Below, in pieces: positions 27,932-39,000 of a stretch of DNA of 64,000 nt. This DNA is from Candidatus Heimdallarchaeota archaeon (GTDB lineage: Archaea; Asgardarchaeota; Heimdallarchaeia; Heimdallarchaeales; Heimdallarchaeaceae): the NCBI GenBank assembly GCA_016839945.1, contig JAEOTE010000019.1, forward strand, positions 326 through 64,325, written 5' to 3'. Position 1 is the first letter of the stretch, and every line of letters starts with the position of its first letter. Under the pieces are notes generated by a model, which saw nothing but the letters and a program-made list of their open reading frames with translations, was not told the DNA's origin and searched no databases. The position numbers and the translations under genes were made by a program.

Positions 27932-28529
27932 TCCTCACTATTTCATTAACTGAGATAACTTCAAACTCTTCAAGAGTCTCTGTTATCATTTGTAACTCTT
28001 CAGTATTTTCTTGTTTGTGGTTGAAAATCTTAATTGTGTAAGTTCCTCCAGGAAGCTCATTCAAGATATAATTCCTTATTTGGGTGTTATTTTCAAAAAG
28101 GACATTTGGAGCTGTAACTGTTGGACCAAAATCACCAAAAATGTCTTTTTTTGCAATTTCAACCACTTCCTTCTTTGATTTCTTTTCTGTTCGTTTTTCA
28201 AAAATTGTTCGAACTGTATTAAGATGAAAACTGCTGAGATCTTTCTCTGATGCTTTCTTATACATCTCCTCAGCTTTTTTGATATCATCTATCATTAGGT
28301 ATCTGCTTATTAGTTTGCTGTAAACATAAGCTAAAAGAGCTTCTTCTTCCATATTTTCCATTGTTTCCTCAAAGAAATGCCAAACAATGATGGATTCAAG
28401 AAACTGATCTTTTAATTCAAGCTCATTTGTTTTTGTTTCAATGAATTTCACGAACTCATCAATAGATTGCTGAGTCAAAATCTCCTTTGCTTCTCGTATT
28501 AATATTTGTACTGTATCTTCCTTACTCAA
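27924..28529 (-). CDS. hypothetical protein (helical N-half, small beta C-domain)
   Basis: 201 aa. Its stop overlaps the start of 26354..27931 by 8 nt, so the two are co-transcribed. No recognisable motif. Confidence 0.55.
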   Translation of the reverse strand: MSKEDTVQILIREAKEILTQQSIDEFVKFIETKTNELELKDQFLESIIVWHFFEETMENMEEEALLAYVYSKLISRYLMIDDIKKAEEMYKKASEKDLSSFHLNTVRTIFEKRTEKKSKKEVVEIAKKDIFGDFGPTVTAPNVLFENNTQIRNYILNELPGGTYTIKIFNHKQENTEELQMITETLEEFEVISVNEIVRID

Positions 28530-28660
28530 TACAAATCACATTCCAGTCTAATGTTCTTACAAGTTATTATTTTTGATACTTCGTATTTAAGTTAATCCCT
28601 AATTCCCGTAAGTTATTCCTAAAATAACGAAGAAAATCAAAAACAACATAGATAATAAAG

Positions 28661-28670
28661 TTTTAAAAAT
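28661..28670 (+). promoter_or_regulatory. TATA-box candidate; spacing implies a leaderless or near-leaderless mRNA
   Basis: ttttaaaaat is centred about 26 nt upstream of the ATG at 28691. Confidence 0.35.
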
Positions 28671-28690
28671 GCCTAATTTTTTCTGTAGAT

Positions 28691-29749
28691 ATGGTTGAAG
28701 CTGAAAGAGAAGAATTTTGTGCATTTCACTATACAAATACTTCAGATGGAAAATGTTCTACGTGTGGTCTATCACTATGTAATCTAGAACAACATTATGG
28801 GGCATCAGCTGACAGAATATGCCAGCTTTGCTTTAATATCACAAAAGCAAGAAAAACAGTGAGATACGTTCAAATTAGTATATGGGTAGTTATTATTGCA
28901 CTAGTTATAACTTTGTGGCAAGTGTTAGGATCTGGAAATGTGATTTATGCTCTTTTACCAATTGCTCTTATTTTATTCGTTCCCTATATTCTACGTCCTT
29001 TGATATTTAGATTGTATTTTACTAATTTGTTACCAAAAGAATCAATTCTTCCAATTCTACGTTATTTTGAAGCTTCCGGAAATAATGAGCACTATAAAAT
29101 ATTCATGAAGTTGTTGAAAAGAATTAGTGAGGAAGAGTTAGATGAAATCAGACCAGCTCTGTACTCATATTTGATTCCCGCTTTAGCGTTTAATTTCTCG
29201 AGATTGCCTGAAGATTGGGAAGATGAAATGACTACAAATCTTAGAGTCTCAAAAGAAGATTTTGTTCAAATTTTTACAAAAGATTACCGTAAAATCCTCA
29301 TTCAAACAAGTGTTCATAATGCACAAGAAAATCTATCACAGTTTCTCATTTATCTTAGTAAAACAGCAGATGATAAAGAATTACTGAAAGAATATATTAC
29401 TGAAATTACATCAGCTGAAATAATGGCTTTAAGTGAAAATGATTTGAACACTATATATGGAAAACTCCTTGAAGATGTGTTCCTTTTTGAAGAACAATTC
29501 TACGAACTATGTGATGAACTAAATCTAGAAAAAGAGAAAGTATTACTCGCACAGTTATTATCTAGATATGAACCACCTCCTGTTCCTAAAAACCAAATCG
29601 AAGCAGTAATGACTCCTACTCAACTTAGAGAAAAAAGAAAGAAAGAAAGAGAAACAGCAAGTTTGCCAAAAGAAATAGAAAATTTAGCTCAAGACGATCC
29701 CGATTTACAACTCATTTTAGATGAAACTGAAGAGAAAGATAAAAAATAA
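28691..29749 (+). CDS. membrane protein with N-terminal B-box-type zinc finger and C-terminal helical cytoplasmic domain
   Basis: 352 aa. CAFH-x8-CSTC-x4-C...CQLC is followed by two TM helices (VRYVQISIWVVIIALVITLW, VIYALLPIALILFVPYIL). Confidence 0.5.
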   Translation: MVEAEREEFCAFHYTNTSDGKCSTCGLSLCNLEQHYGASADRICQLCFNITKARKTVRYVQISIWVVIIALVITLWQVLGSGNVIYALLPIALILFVPYILRPLIFRLYFTNLLPKESILPILRYFEASGNNEHYKIFMKLLKRISEEELDEIRPALYSYLIPALAFNFSRLPEDWEDEMTTNLRVSKEDFVQIFTKDYRKILIQTSVHNAQENLSQFLIYLSKTADDKELLKEYITEITSAEIMALSENDLNTIYGKLLEDVFLFEEQFYELCDELNLEKEKVLLAQLLSRYEPPPVPKNQIEAVMTPTQLREKRKKERETASLPKEIENLAQDDPDLQLILDETEEKDKK

Positions 29750-29854
29750 ACCCACTATAATTTTCTCTATTGTAAAGAATACTTGAAATATTATGTATCC
29801 ATTCTAAATTTGAGAATAGAGGAAATGATGATTTGTAACAACCTATGATTATAT

Positions 29855-31576
29855 ATGAACTACCTAGCTCACTCTGATCCAATATTCTCTATTTTAACAG
29901 AAATGCTTAAGAGAGTAACATATGCACAAAAACTTATAGGAAAGCGGTTACCTCTTATGGAAGTGCAATATTCTAAACAAGAAAATAATCTTTTAGGTTG
30001 GCGGATTACTGGTATACTTCTTTATGTGTTTACTATTGCAGTTCTACTCGTAGGTTCAATTTATTTTGTTTGGTCTATTGTTCTAATATCACAACAAACA
30101 AATTCAACTACCATACTTCAAACTATTCTAAATATTCTTTCTCTTTGTGTTGAAGTGATAGGTATTTTTTATACAGTTATGTTATTTAAGCATGTAAGTA
30201 CAACATGTTTTAATCCACCTACTAAAACCATTATTGAATATCCTCTTCATGAATTTCCTCTGGTAAGTATTTTATTACCAATTCGTGAAGCTGATCCAAC
30301 AGTTTTAGAATCGTCACTTAATGCTATAGTACAATCCAATTACCCAAATGAGAAAATTCAGATAATAGTGGGTGACGATACAGATCCCTCATATCCTGCT
30401 TTTGAACAAATCAAAGAAATATGTGAAAAGAATAATGTGGACTACATACACGATGTAAGTAATTTGATGTTTAAAGCAGGTATGTTAAACATAATGTTGG
30501 AAGAAGTAAAAGCTGAATTCATGGTTTTATTAGATTATGATCATAAGATATCTCCTAATTTTGTAAGAAAAAGTGTTTCAATATTACTAAATGATGATGA
30601 TATAGCTTTTGTTCAATCTAAAGTCAATTTCTATAATATTAAATCAAGATTACAAGTCTGGGAAGCAGTGATGTATGCACAATTTTTTGAAGTATTTCAG
30701 CGTTCGAAAAATCAAAGATCAACCGTTCTCTTCAATGGATCTACAGCATGTTTTAGAAAAAGAGTAATAAAGGAAGTAGGAGGAATTCCTACAGATACTT
30801 TTACTGAGGACATTGATCTTTCTGTACAAATTCTTACAAAAGGTTACAAAAGTACCTTGATAGATGAATATGGAAGTCTTGGATTAATTCCTGGGAATTT
30901 TTCTCTTTTACTATCACAAATATTGAGATGGGCAAAAGGAAGTATGCACACATTAAAACTGAGATGGAAGAAAATTTTAGTAGGAAAAATGTCAATTTAT
31001 GATAAAATTGATCTCTATTTCAGTACTCTACTATTCTTTGTTGCTTCATCAATGTACCTGACGATTTTACTTTATGTAATCATGTTCTTTACAGATAGTA
31101 TGGCCATTAGATTGGGCTTTCAAGTCTTTCCACCTCTTATTATAATGCCAATTGCTTTTTCTGTGGCTTATCAAATTTCTGGATTAATTGCTGTTATTTT
31201 TGCTCGAAAAGATGGTTTGGTTCAAATGAAAATTATTGATTTAATTCTCTTTTTTGTTATAGCTCTATCACTTAATCCATTCACAGTTTATGCTGTGATA
31301 AAAACATTATTTCGATTTCGTCCTCCAAATAGAAGGAGAGATAAGTGGAATGAAAAAATTCCCTTTATTCCGTTATCTATACTTTTCTCGTTATTAGGAG
31401 CTGGTATTCTCGTAGTTTCTTATTTTGATTTTATGGGAGCAGGAACATTGTGGTTAGTATTATGTCTTTTAGGTTTATCATTGATTGCTACTTTTCCAGT
31501 GTGTATGTATTTCCATTTTACAACGAGACATAACAAACCTTATTTTGTAGCTCAAAATACACAAATCACCGAGTAG
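29855..31576 (+). CDS. processive family-2 glycosyltransferase (cellulose/chitin/PNAG-synthase-like), copy 1
   Basis: 573 aa. D,D,D,QxxRW signature: GDDT, LLDYDH, TEDIDLS, QILRWAKG. TM helices flank the catalytic domain on both sides. Confidence 0.8.
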   Translation: MNYLAHSDPIFSILTEMLKRVTYAQKLIGKRLPLMEVQYSKQENNLLGWRITGILLYVFTIAVLLVGSIYFVWSIVLISQQTNSTTILQTILNILSLCVEVIGIFYTVMLFKHVSTTCFNPPTKTIIEYPLHEFPLVSILLPIREADPTVLESSLNAIVQSNYPNEKIQIIVGDDTDPSYPAFEQIKEICEKNNVDYIHDVSNLMFKAGMLNIMLEEVKAEFMVLLDYDHKISPNFVRKSVSILLNDDDIAFVQSKVNFYNIKSRLQVWEAVMYAQFFEVFQRSKNQRSTVLFNGSTACFRKRVIKEVGGIPTDTFTEDIDLSVQILTKGYKSTLIDEYGSLGLIPGNFSLLLSQILRWAKGSMHTLKLRWKKILVGKMSIYDKIDLYFSTLLFFVASSMYLTILLYVIMFFTDSMAIRLGFQVFPPLIIMPIAFSVAYQISGLIAVIFARKDGLVQMKIIDLILFFVIALSLNPFTVYAVIKTLFRFRPPNRRRDKWNEKIPFIPLSILFSLLGAGILVVSYFDFMGAGTLWLVLCLLGLSLIATFPVCMYFHFTTRHNKPYFVAQNTQITE

Positions 31577-31583
31577 ATGGTAA

Positions 31584-33275
31584 ATGGAATGGAAAAAGAT
31601 TTTGTGGTACTGTTTAACTCTCTTCTTATTTGGATTTTTAATCTATTATGTTATTTATAGTAGCATCTACATTATTCAAACATATAAAGGAAATCTGACA
31701 AATTGGGTTGCAATAGTTGGATTAATTTTTAATTTTCTCATTCTAATAGTTGAATTATTCTCAGCATTTTTCTCAGTCTTCATTTACTATTACATAGGTT
31801 CTTCCTCTTCTTATAGAAAAATCGTGGATAACAAAAACAGATTTTTAACTTCTGATCCTCTTCCATCTGTAACTATACTTCTTCCCTTTTATAGAGAACC
31901 TTTAGCAGTAGTCTCGAAAACAATAGATGGGTCATTAAATCTAGATTACCCAAAAGATAGGTATGAAGTTGTAGTTTGTGATGATAGTCCTCCTGAACAT
32001 TCAAAGGAGATTAAAGCATTTTGTAAGGAAAGAAATGTAAAATTTATTCAAAGAGCCGAAAGAATAGGTTTCAAAGCTGGTGCCATCAATAATGCACTAA
32101 AGCAAATTGACAGTGATTTTTTTGGTATTCTGGATTCAGACCATATCCCTACACCTAATTTTATTCGAACTTGTCTATCTGGATTTGTTGAAGATGATAT
32201 TATTTTAGTACAAGGGAAACCAATGTTTGTTAATCAAGATAATTATCTTTTGAGAAGCAGTGCATACATCCATACTCAATTCTTCCATATCTATCAAAAA
32301 AGCAGAGGTACTAGAAATGGAGCTATTTTCGCTGGAACAACTGGAATGTTTAGAACTGACCTATTAAAAGAAGCTGGAGGATTTTTAGAAGATACATTGG
32401 CAGAAGATACTGATACATCATTTGTGCTAATGTCTAAAGGATATAAAACAAGATATATCCATGAAGTTTGTTCAAAAGGATTAGTTCCATGGAATCCTAT
32501 AAGTATGGTAAATCAAGTTTGGAGATGGACAAACGGAATAACATCAATATTTCGAAAAAGATTGTTCACAGTAATCAAAGGAAAAAATTCTTTCATTAAC
32601 AAAGTTGACATTGTTTCAACAGTTTTAACTCCAATAATAGGAATAACAATGTGGTTTGTTTACCTCCTCCTTTTTGTCATGTATTTACTCAAGGAATTCT
32701 CAATTTACGCTGTAGAAATGAATTTTGTAAGACCTGATATGGGTCAAAATATTCCTTTGTTACTTCTAGCTCCTGTTTTGATTTCTTTTGCTAGCTTGAT
32801 AATGGCTCTTGTAGCTTGGAGACGAGAAGAAAAGGAAGACAGAATGATTAAATTGAGAGGATTCTTTGGGATGGTTTGGACAATTACTGCTTTTTATTTG
32901 CTTATGATGACAGCACAATCTTTCCTAGTTTGGGCTGTTTTGAGTGCTTTACTAGGAGTAAAGAAAGAATTTGATAGAACTGTTAAAGAAAAAACTAAAA
33001 CTATGGGTAAGATGAGTAAAAAAATCAAATACACTATCTGGTCTATTGGTTTGTTCATTCTTGCTATAGGTTACTATTTTGCAAGCATTAGATCTTTCAT
33101 ATTTGGTGATGCCTTAGGGGGTTGGTTTATTATTGGGGCAATAACTATAACAATACCAATAATAATAACTATACAACATTTCCGACAATTAGAAACTATG
33201 AAGAAAGTTGCTGCAACTAAAACAGCGGAGGATGTTGAAAAAGAGTATGGTGAAAAACTGAATGGTATCAATTGA
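31584..33275 (+). CDS. processive family-2 glycosyltransferase, copy 2
   Basis: 563 aa with CDDS, LDSDH, AEDTDTS and QVWRWTNG. Same topology as copy 1. Confidence 0.8.
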   Translation: MEWKKILWYCLTLFLFGFLIYYVIYSSIYIIQTYKGNLTNWVAIVGLIFNFLILIVELFSAFFSVFIYYYIGSSSSYRKIVDNKNRFLTSDPLPSVTILLPFYREPLAVVSKTIDGSLNLDYPKDRYEVVVCDDSPPEHSKEIKAFCKERNVKFIQRAERIGFKAGAINNALKQIDSDFFGILDSDHIPTPNFIRTCLSGFVEDDIILVQGKPMFVNQDNYLLRSSAYIHTQFFHIYQKSRGTRNGAIFAGTTGMFRTDLLKEAGGFLEDTLAEDTDTSFVLMSKGYKTRYIHEVCSKGLVPWNPISMVNQVWRWTNGITSIFRKRLFTVIKGKNSFINKVDIVSTVLTPIIGITMWFVYLLLFVMYLLKEFSIYAVEMNFVRPDMGQNIPLLLLAPVLISFASLIMALVAWRREEKEDRMIKLRGFFGMVWTITAFYLLMMTAQSFLVWAVLSALLGVKKEFDRTVKEKTKTMGKMSKKIKYTIWSIGLFILAIGYYFASIRSFIFGDALGGWFIIGAITITIPIIITIQHFRQLETMKKVAATKTAEDVEKEYGEKLNGIN

Positions 33276-36036
33276 TGCTCGAATAATTTTTCCCATCGTT
33301 TCAATATTGGCAGTAGGTTCATTAGAGGTAGATATAATCAAGAAAAGAATTCTTCGTATCAAGGATTCAGAAACCATCTTAGAATATCTTCTTGAATCAC
33401 TCATTTTAGGTTCAATTTCATTGATAATTCTTATGCTGATAATTGCAAGACTTGCAGATGTATTCGGTTTAACAACAATTTTGGAAAGATTTGTTTATGT
33501 TTATTTTTCCATAGGTTTGGCTTATCTAGTCTTTAAAATCTATAAATGGGTACGAAAGAAACTTCCAATTTATGCACTCTCAGATAAAAAAAGAATAACT
33601 GGTTCACTAGGAATTCTGCTTATAGTAATTATTATGTTAATGTTGTTTTTTTATATATTACAAGGGTTAGTATATCCTCTCCGAGGTTGGGATTTTCTTC
33701 ATTTTTACCTTCCAAATTCATTTCGTATTTATGTAACAGGTCAACTAGGAAAAATAAATGAGCTTAACTTCCTCCCTCAATTTAAACCCCCAGCAAATAT
33801 TTTATTGTATGCTTATACTTTCTTTGTAACTCAAGCTGAAATGCTTCATTTGGTTCCGATGCTCTTTTTATCTGGAACAGTTTTTCTTTGTTACAAAATA
33901 GCAATAGCTGAAGGGCTTTCAAAAAAAGTAGCATTGTTTGGTTCTATTGCTTTTTTGGCTACACCTTTAGTCTTTTTCTTAGTCTATGAATTTCAATACT
34001 ATCAAGAAGTATACATTATGTTCTTTTCAGCTGCTAGTTTCTATTTCTTTAGGCAATTTCTGAAAAAGAATACAACCAGAGAAAAGATATATACAGCACT
34101 TCTAACATCATTAAGTCTTACGGGGTGTGTGCTTAGTAAAATTAGTGGATTCATTATCCCTTTAGTAATTCTTGTAGCTGTTCCATCAGACAAAATTGGC
34201 AAAATCGTAAGATCAATCATCATTATTGGATTCACATTTCAATTATTCAGAAAATCTCTTTTTGATATCTTTTTAGGGACAAGCATTTTTCTTCTTCTTA
34301 TTGCTGGATACTGTGTTTATCTTGTTATGACCAGCAAATCATTACCATTTTCTTACACTAGGTGGTTGTACATAGCAGGTATCTATTCACTTCCCTTGGC
34401 AATAGGCGTATTTTGGGGGATTTTCATCTTAAGTATTCCTGGAGTTAAAGAGTACTTTTTAAGTCTGTATGTAAACCCAGTTTATCAAGTAGTTAGCTTG
34501 AAATGGCCTGGAATAGGTTTACCAGAAACTGAAACCTATCTAGAAAACGCTCATCATGCAACCTTTATTTCTTCATCATTTTCTATATTCCTTGCTTCTA
34601 TGTTTGCTGGAACATGGATCATTTTCAAAATAATTGGAATAGTCAAAACAAATAAGGAAAATAAAGAGATTTTACTTTGGTTATTCTTCTTCTTTTTGTT
34701 ATGGCAAGGTTTGTTTGCACATGGTTCAATAAGATATCTAACTCCTATCTTGATTCCTATATCTCTAGTTTTTGTGGTTGGAATTGATTCTGTAATTAAA
34801 TTCTTTAATAAAAGAGATGGATTGGAAAGAGATGGTTTCTTCGCAACAATTTTAATTATTGCTAGCGCTTATCTCTCACTCTATCCAATTATACCATTTG
34901 AAATTGTAAACGAAGATTTTCATCTACGATGGTATCAGGCTCACACTCATATTGGATCCTTACTTGGTTACATATTTTTATTTAATCTGTTATTTTTCTT
35001 GCTATTGTGGAAGGAGAAAAAGCTAAAGTTAAGTTTCTCTATGATATACAATAAGAAATTCAATTCTCGTAAAATTCTAGCTGGTTTTATTATTTTTATT
35101 CTATTTTTTGTGCCTTTTGGAGCACAAGCAGCTCTATTGATTCATGTGAAATTTGATATAGATAAGTTCCACAGTGAGTATTGCTATTATACTCGTACAT
35201 CTTTATTAGAATTAATTGATGCAATCAATAGATTAGGCTATGATGATAATCAAACAGTTTTATCAATCAACACTCCTGGATTAGAATATTACGCATCTCA
35301 ACCAGTGTTTGACATGTTTATGTTGAGCTTCATTGCTAGATCTGCATTAAGCAATTCAACGTTTCCATTAGCAACGAAAAACATTACGAAAATCATGGAA
35401 TTTTTCCAAAGCTATAACGTAGCAATCTTTGTTTCATTAAACACATCAAATGATTGGTATCCAGCATATCTAGAACGATACTATTGGAATTATGATATAT
35501 ATAGATTGATGAATAATAATCTCTTATTTACTTGGAGATTTTCTAATGAAGAGTATCTAATGTATACAATTAATTCTTACGATCAGTATATAGGTCCAGT
35601 AGACATTCAACTCGCAGGAAATGAAAGTAAAGAAAGTTTGTTAGCTAGAAATCCAAATTCTGCTGAGGTTCATGGAAACTATGCAAATCTTGATACTCTT
35701 CTTGATTTAACAGTAGTACCAACAAACGAATTAATTAACGTTAGTCTTTCAACAGCATATAATTTTTATGAGAATTCCTCAACTACAGTTTTTACAAAAG
35801 ATATTCAAATTGAAAAACCTTTGAATGATGAGTTTAACCGTTTAACACTCCTTTCTTTACCTAATGAAACAATAGCTATACAATCTGTTAATATTACAAT
35901 ATCCTATGAAAATTATGAAGGATATGTAGAAGAAATTTCATACAAACTGAAAGCTTTCATGCAAGAATCTGTTATTATTCAGAGAAGTACCAACTTCTGG
36001 TCTTATTCGGGGTATTATGGTTTTATTTACATATAA
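33262..36036 (+). CDS. polytopic GT-C-like membrane glycosyltransferase (ArnT/PMT_2-like) with large extracytoplasmic C-domain
   Basis: 924 aa with more than 13 TM helices. The first loop RGWDFLHFY...FKPPANILLYAY, followed by an A..P-rich helix, resembles GT39/GT83. No WWDYG motif, so it is not AglB/STT3. The C-terminal ~300 aa are soluble and rich in NxS/T. Start uncertain; it overlaps the upstream gene by 14 nt. Confidence 0.45.
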   Translation: MVSIDARIIFPIVSILAVGSLEVDIIKKRILRIKDSETILEYLLESLILGSISLIILMLIIARLADVFGLTTILERFVYVYFSIGLAYLVFKIYKWVRKKLPIYALSDKKRITGSLGILLIVIIMLMLFFYILQGLVYPLRGWDFLHFYLPNSFRIYVTGQLGKINELNFLPQFKPPANILLYAYTFFVTQAEMLHLVPMLFLSGTVFLCYKIAIAEGLSKKVALFGSIAFLATPLVFFLVYEFQYYQEVYIMFFSAASFYFFRQFLKKNTTREKIYTALLTSLSLTGCVLSKISGFIIPLVILVAVPSDKIGKIVRSIIIIGFTFQLFRKSLFDIFLGTSIFLLLIAGYCVYLVMTSKSLPFSYTRWLYIAGIYSLPLAIGVFWGIFILSIPGVKEYFLSLYVNPVYQVVSLKWPGIGLPETETYLENAHHATFISSSFSIFLASMFAGTWIIFKIIGIVKTNKENKEILLWLFFFFLLWQGLFAHGSIRYLTPILIPISLVFVVGIDSVIKFFNKRDGLERDGFFATILIIASAYLSLYPIIPFEIVNEDFHLRWYQAHTHIGSLLGYIFLFNLLFFLLLWKEKKLKLSFSMIYNKKFNSRKILAGFIIFILFFVPFGAQAALLIHVKFDIDKFHSEYCYYTRTSLLELIDAINRLGYDDNQTVLSINTPGLEYYASQPVFDMFMLSFIARSALSNSTFPLATKNITKIMEFFQSYNVAIFVSLNTSNDWYPAYLERYYWNYDIYRLMNNNLLFTWRFSNEEYLMYTINSYDQYIGPVDIQLAGNESKESLLARNPNSAEVHGNYANLDTLLDLTVVPTNELINVSLSTAYNFYENSSTTVFTKDIQIEKPLNDEFNRLTLLSLPNETIAIQSVNITISYENYEGYVEEISYKLKAFMQESVIIQRSTNFWSYSGYYGFIYI

Positions 36037-36078
36037 AATTCTAAAGAGTAAATAAAATTTCCTTGATTTTCGCAAAAT

Positions 36079-39000
36079 TTACCTTCGAGAATATACAATG
36101 CTTTTCTGTTTTCTATCTCTTCTAGCTATAATCAGAGATGTTATGAATGCTATTAGTAGAACAAACACGATATTTATGAAGAAAATAGACCAACTTCCTG
36201 TTGGTGCAAAAGTATGTCCAAAGAAAACAGTTTGATTAGCTGAAGCTAAAAACTTCAAAATGGCTCCTCCTATACCATAACCAAAACAAGCAGCAATAAG
36301 CGCAACAACGCTTATTCGAGAAAAAATTGAAACAAATACATTCAGATTAGTTCCACCAATCATTCTTAGTATGGTGCTTTCTCTTCTACTTTCAACATGA
36401 ACATTTTGCAATATTGAATACATATTTACAACGACAACTATCATAATGAGTAGTATCTCAGCATAAGCTAAGGTGTAAGTAAACAATAATGAACCTTTCA
36501 AATAATAATCCATATATTCTAGAGAAAGAGAAATAAAAAATTCAAAACCAGCATATGCTCTAAAAGGTATTTTCAGCCATTGATCTTCTGTTTCACTTGC
36601 AACAATTATCGTAATAGCTTCTTTTCCAGGTTCAAAAGCTCTTCTTAAATTAATAATATTCTCGTTAAAATCAATAAAAGATACATTTACGTAACCATAC
36701 GAAATCCAAAGGGAAACACTAGAGTAGAAACCTGTTGTGGTAGAAATATTTCCATCAAATAAAGTTGAGAAAACAACAGGTAAATTGAATACTTTAGATC
36801 CATTATCATAAACAAAAATAAATGTAACTTTGCTTCTATGAGAAGGGATTTTAAGATGAGTATACTGATTCGGATTAAATACCTGGAACGATACTGGATT
36901 AGCATTTCTGTGATCTGAGAAATAACAAGTATAATCCCCAGTAGCTAACAAAGTAGAGATCATTCCATTGTTATCAGTTCGTATTGACAAAACTCTTCTT
37001 CCTCTTACATCTCTAAAGATGCAATATTGATCAATAAGAGGTGAATCTGCGAAGTAATCACTTAAAGAAATAGTAACATTAGAAAAACCAATAAATATCT
37101 CTTGTTCTAGACCTACATTTGTGTTTAGAATAAAATCATATTGCAAAGTACTATAGTTAAAATGCACATGATAACTCCCTGAAAATATGTGAAAATCAAG
37201 AACACCTTCATTATTTGTATTCTTTTCATATACCGTTGTATTAAAGTTACTTCTAACTATAACTGAAAAATTAGATAATGGAAGAAGGGTTCCACTTCCT
37301 TGTACTTGGAATAATAATTGCTGATTTACATATTCTTTCCCTACATATATTGTATAGTCTACTGTTTTTTGGTTGTACAAAGAATCTTCTAAAAACAAAG
37401 TTATTGTATGCTTGCCAGCTTCATTAAAATCAACTAAAGAAAATCCTTGATATTGAAAAAGAGGACCTCTGTGATCTAGTTGAACCAATATGTTGACAGC
37501 ATCACTTTCTAAATCTAGAAATACATCTATCTCATGGCTACCAATTTCTGGGGATAGAAAAGTCACATAAGGTGGAATTGTATCAATGATGTAATCGAAT
37601 GAAGATTGAGAATCTGGGAAACCAGTTAATATTGAAGAGAAATTGTAATAACCATCGCTTAAATGAATTGGATTATTATTATTTATAGTAAAATTACAAT
37701 CATAATAAGGAAATGTGACAACTATATCACCTGTATAACTACTGTTAATCTGGTTAGCTTGTAACTGTGAGGAGCTTAATCCTTCTGTAATATTGAAATT
37801 CCAGCTTTTTATTTCATAATTGAAAACATCTATCCAGTATTCAATAACTAATGTATATTCTCCTGGATAAAGATATATCCTTGTATACTCAGTAATTTCT
37901 CCACTAAAATTCGCTTCTCCAAAAATTTCATACTTTATTTGGAAAAAACCTATAGAAGATATGGTTTGAATATCAATAAATGTTTGAGTAATTATTCCAT
38001 AATAATCATGTGCAAAATAGAAGTCTACTGGTGTCGTTCCTGTAAAATTCTCAGTGTTATATTCATAGTATTTCTGTATCAGATTTCCTGCAATATCCCG
38101 GGCTTCTATTGTTAAATTATGATAACCTTCTTTAAATGGACAACTAATCAAACCATATGCATATGAAAAATCTAGATTGTCCCAAGAGTAGCGAATCATT
38201 GAAAGGCTCTCATTAGAAGTGTAAAACATAGAACTCCCTGAGCTAATATCAGAACTATTGGAATGCTCTAATGTTATATCAGGTGGAGAGTTGTCAATAG
38301 TAATTTCATAATCTCTAAAATACCATACTGAACTTATAAGAGTTGACAGATGAAGTGTATGATTCCCCTCACTCAAACTCTCTGCTATAATCGTTCCATT
38401 ATTAGGAACAGGAATATCTACTTGGCTATCCCAATGATAGAGAACATTTGAAGCACCAATAGTATACCAGATCTGAATCTCTTCACTTTCTTTTATTATT
38501 CTATCTTGTAATCCAATAATCCCTAACTTCTCTGGATTTGAGGATGTAATGAAGATATAACTCCATTCTTTATTCTGGTTCCCTATTGAAGCTTTAATTA
38601 CAAGTCTATGAATACCTTTTTCTGCAGGAGTACGAATATTATGATTTTCTAAAATTTGCCAAATATCACTATTCCACTTATATTTAATATTATGACCAAA
38701 GTATATAGAATCGTTGAGATAAAGATTGCTTGAATATGGAATATGAGATCCATTCATAGCATTAAGAATATGCAACTCCTCTGGGAGACTGTGTGATATC
38801 GTAAAATACACTTTTGTTTCAGCATAATTTTGACTCTTATCACCATCAGATTCATAATCCTTGTTATAACATATAATTGTTAGAGAATGAGGACCTTCAT
38901 CAAATGGAATTACAATTTGATCAGGCACTATCTCTCCTTCAGAAGAGAAATGATATTCCTGAATATTTCCAGGATTTTCATCATAATAGAAATATGTTGA

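Noticed and set aside
28590-28650. Short hairpin (gttatt-n5-aataac) in the 28530-28690 spacer as a terminator or regulatory stem
   Set aside because: It has only a 6-bp AT-rich stem, which is expected by chance and not adjacent to an oligo-T run.
33262-36036. Calling the 924-aa membrane protein the oligosaccharyltransferase AglB/STT3
   Set aside because: I could not find a WWDYG motif or a DK/MI motif. The first-loop pattern looks more ArnT/PMT_2-like. It is kept as generic GT-C-like.
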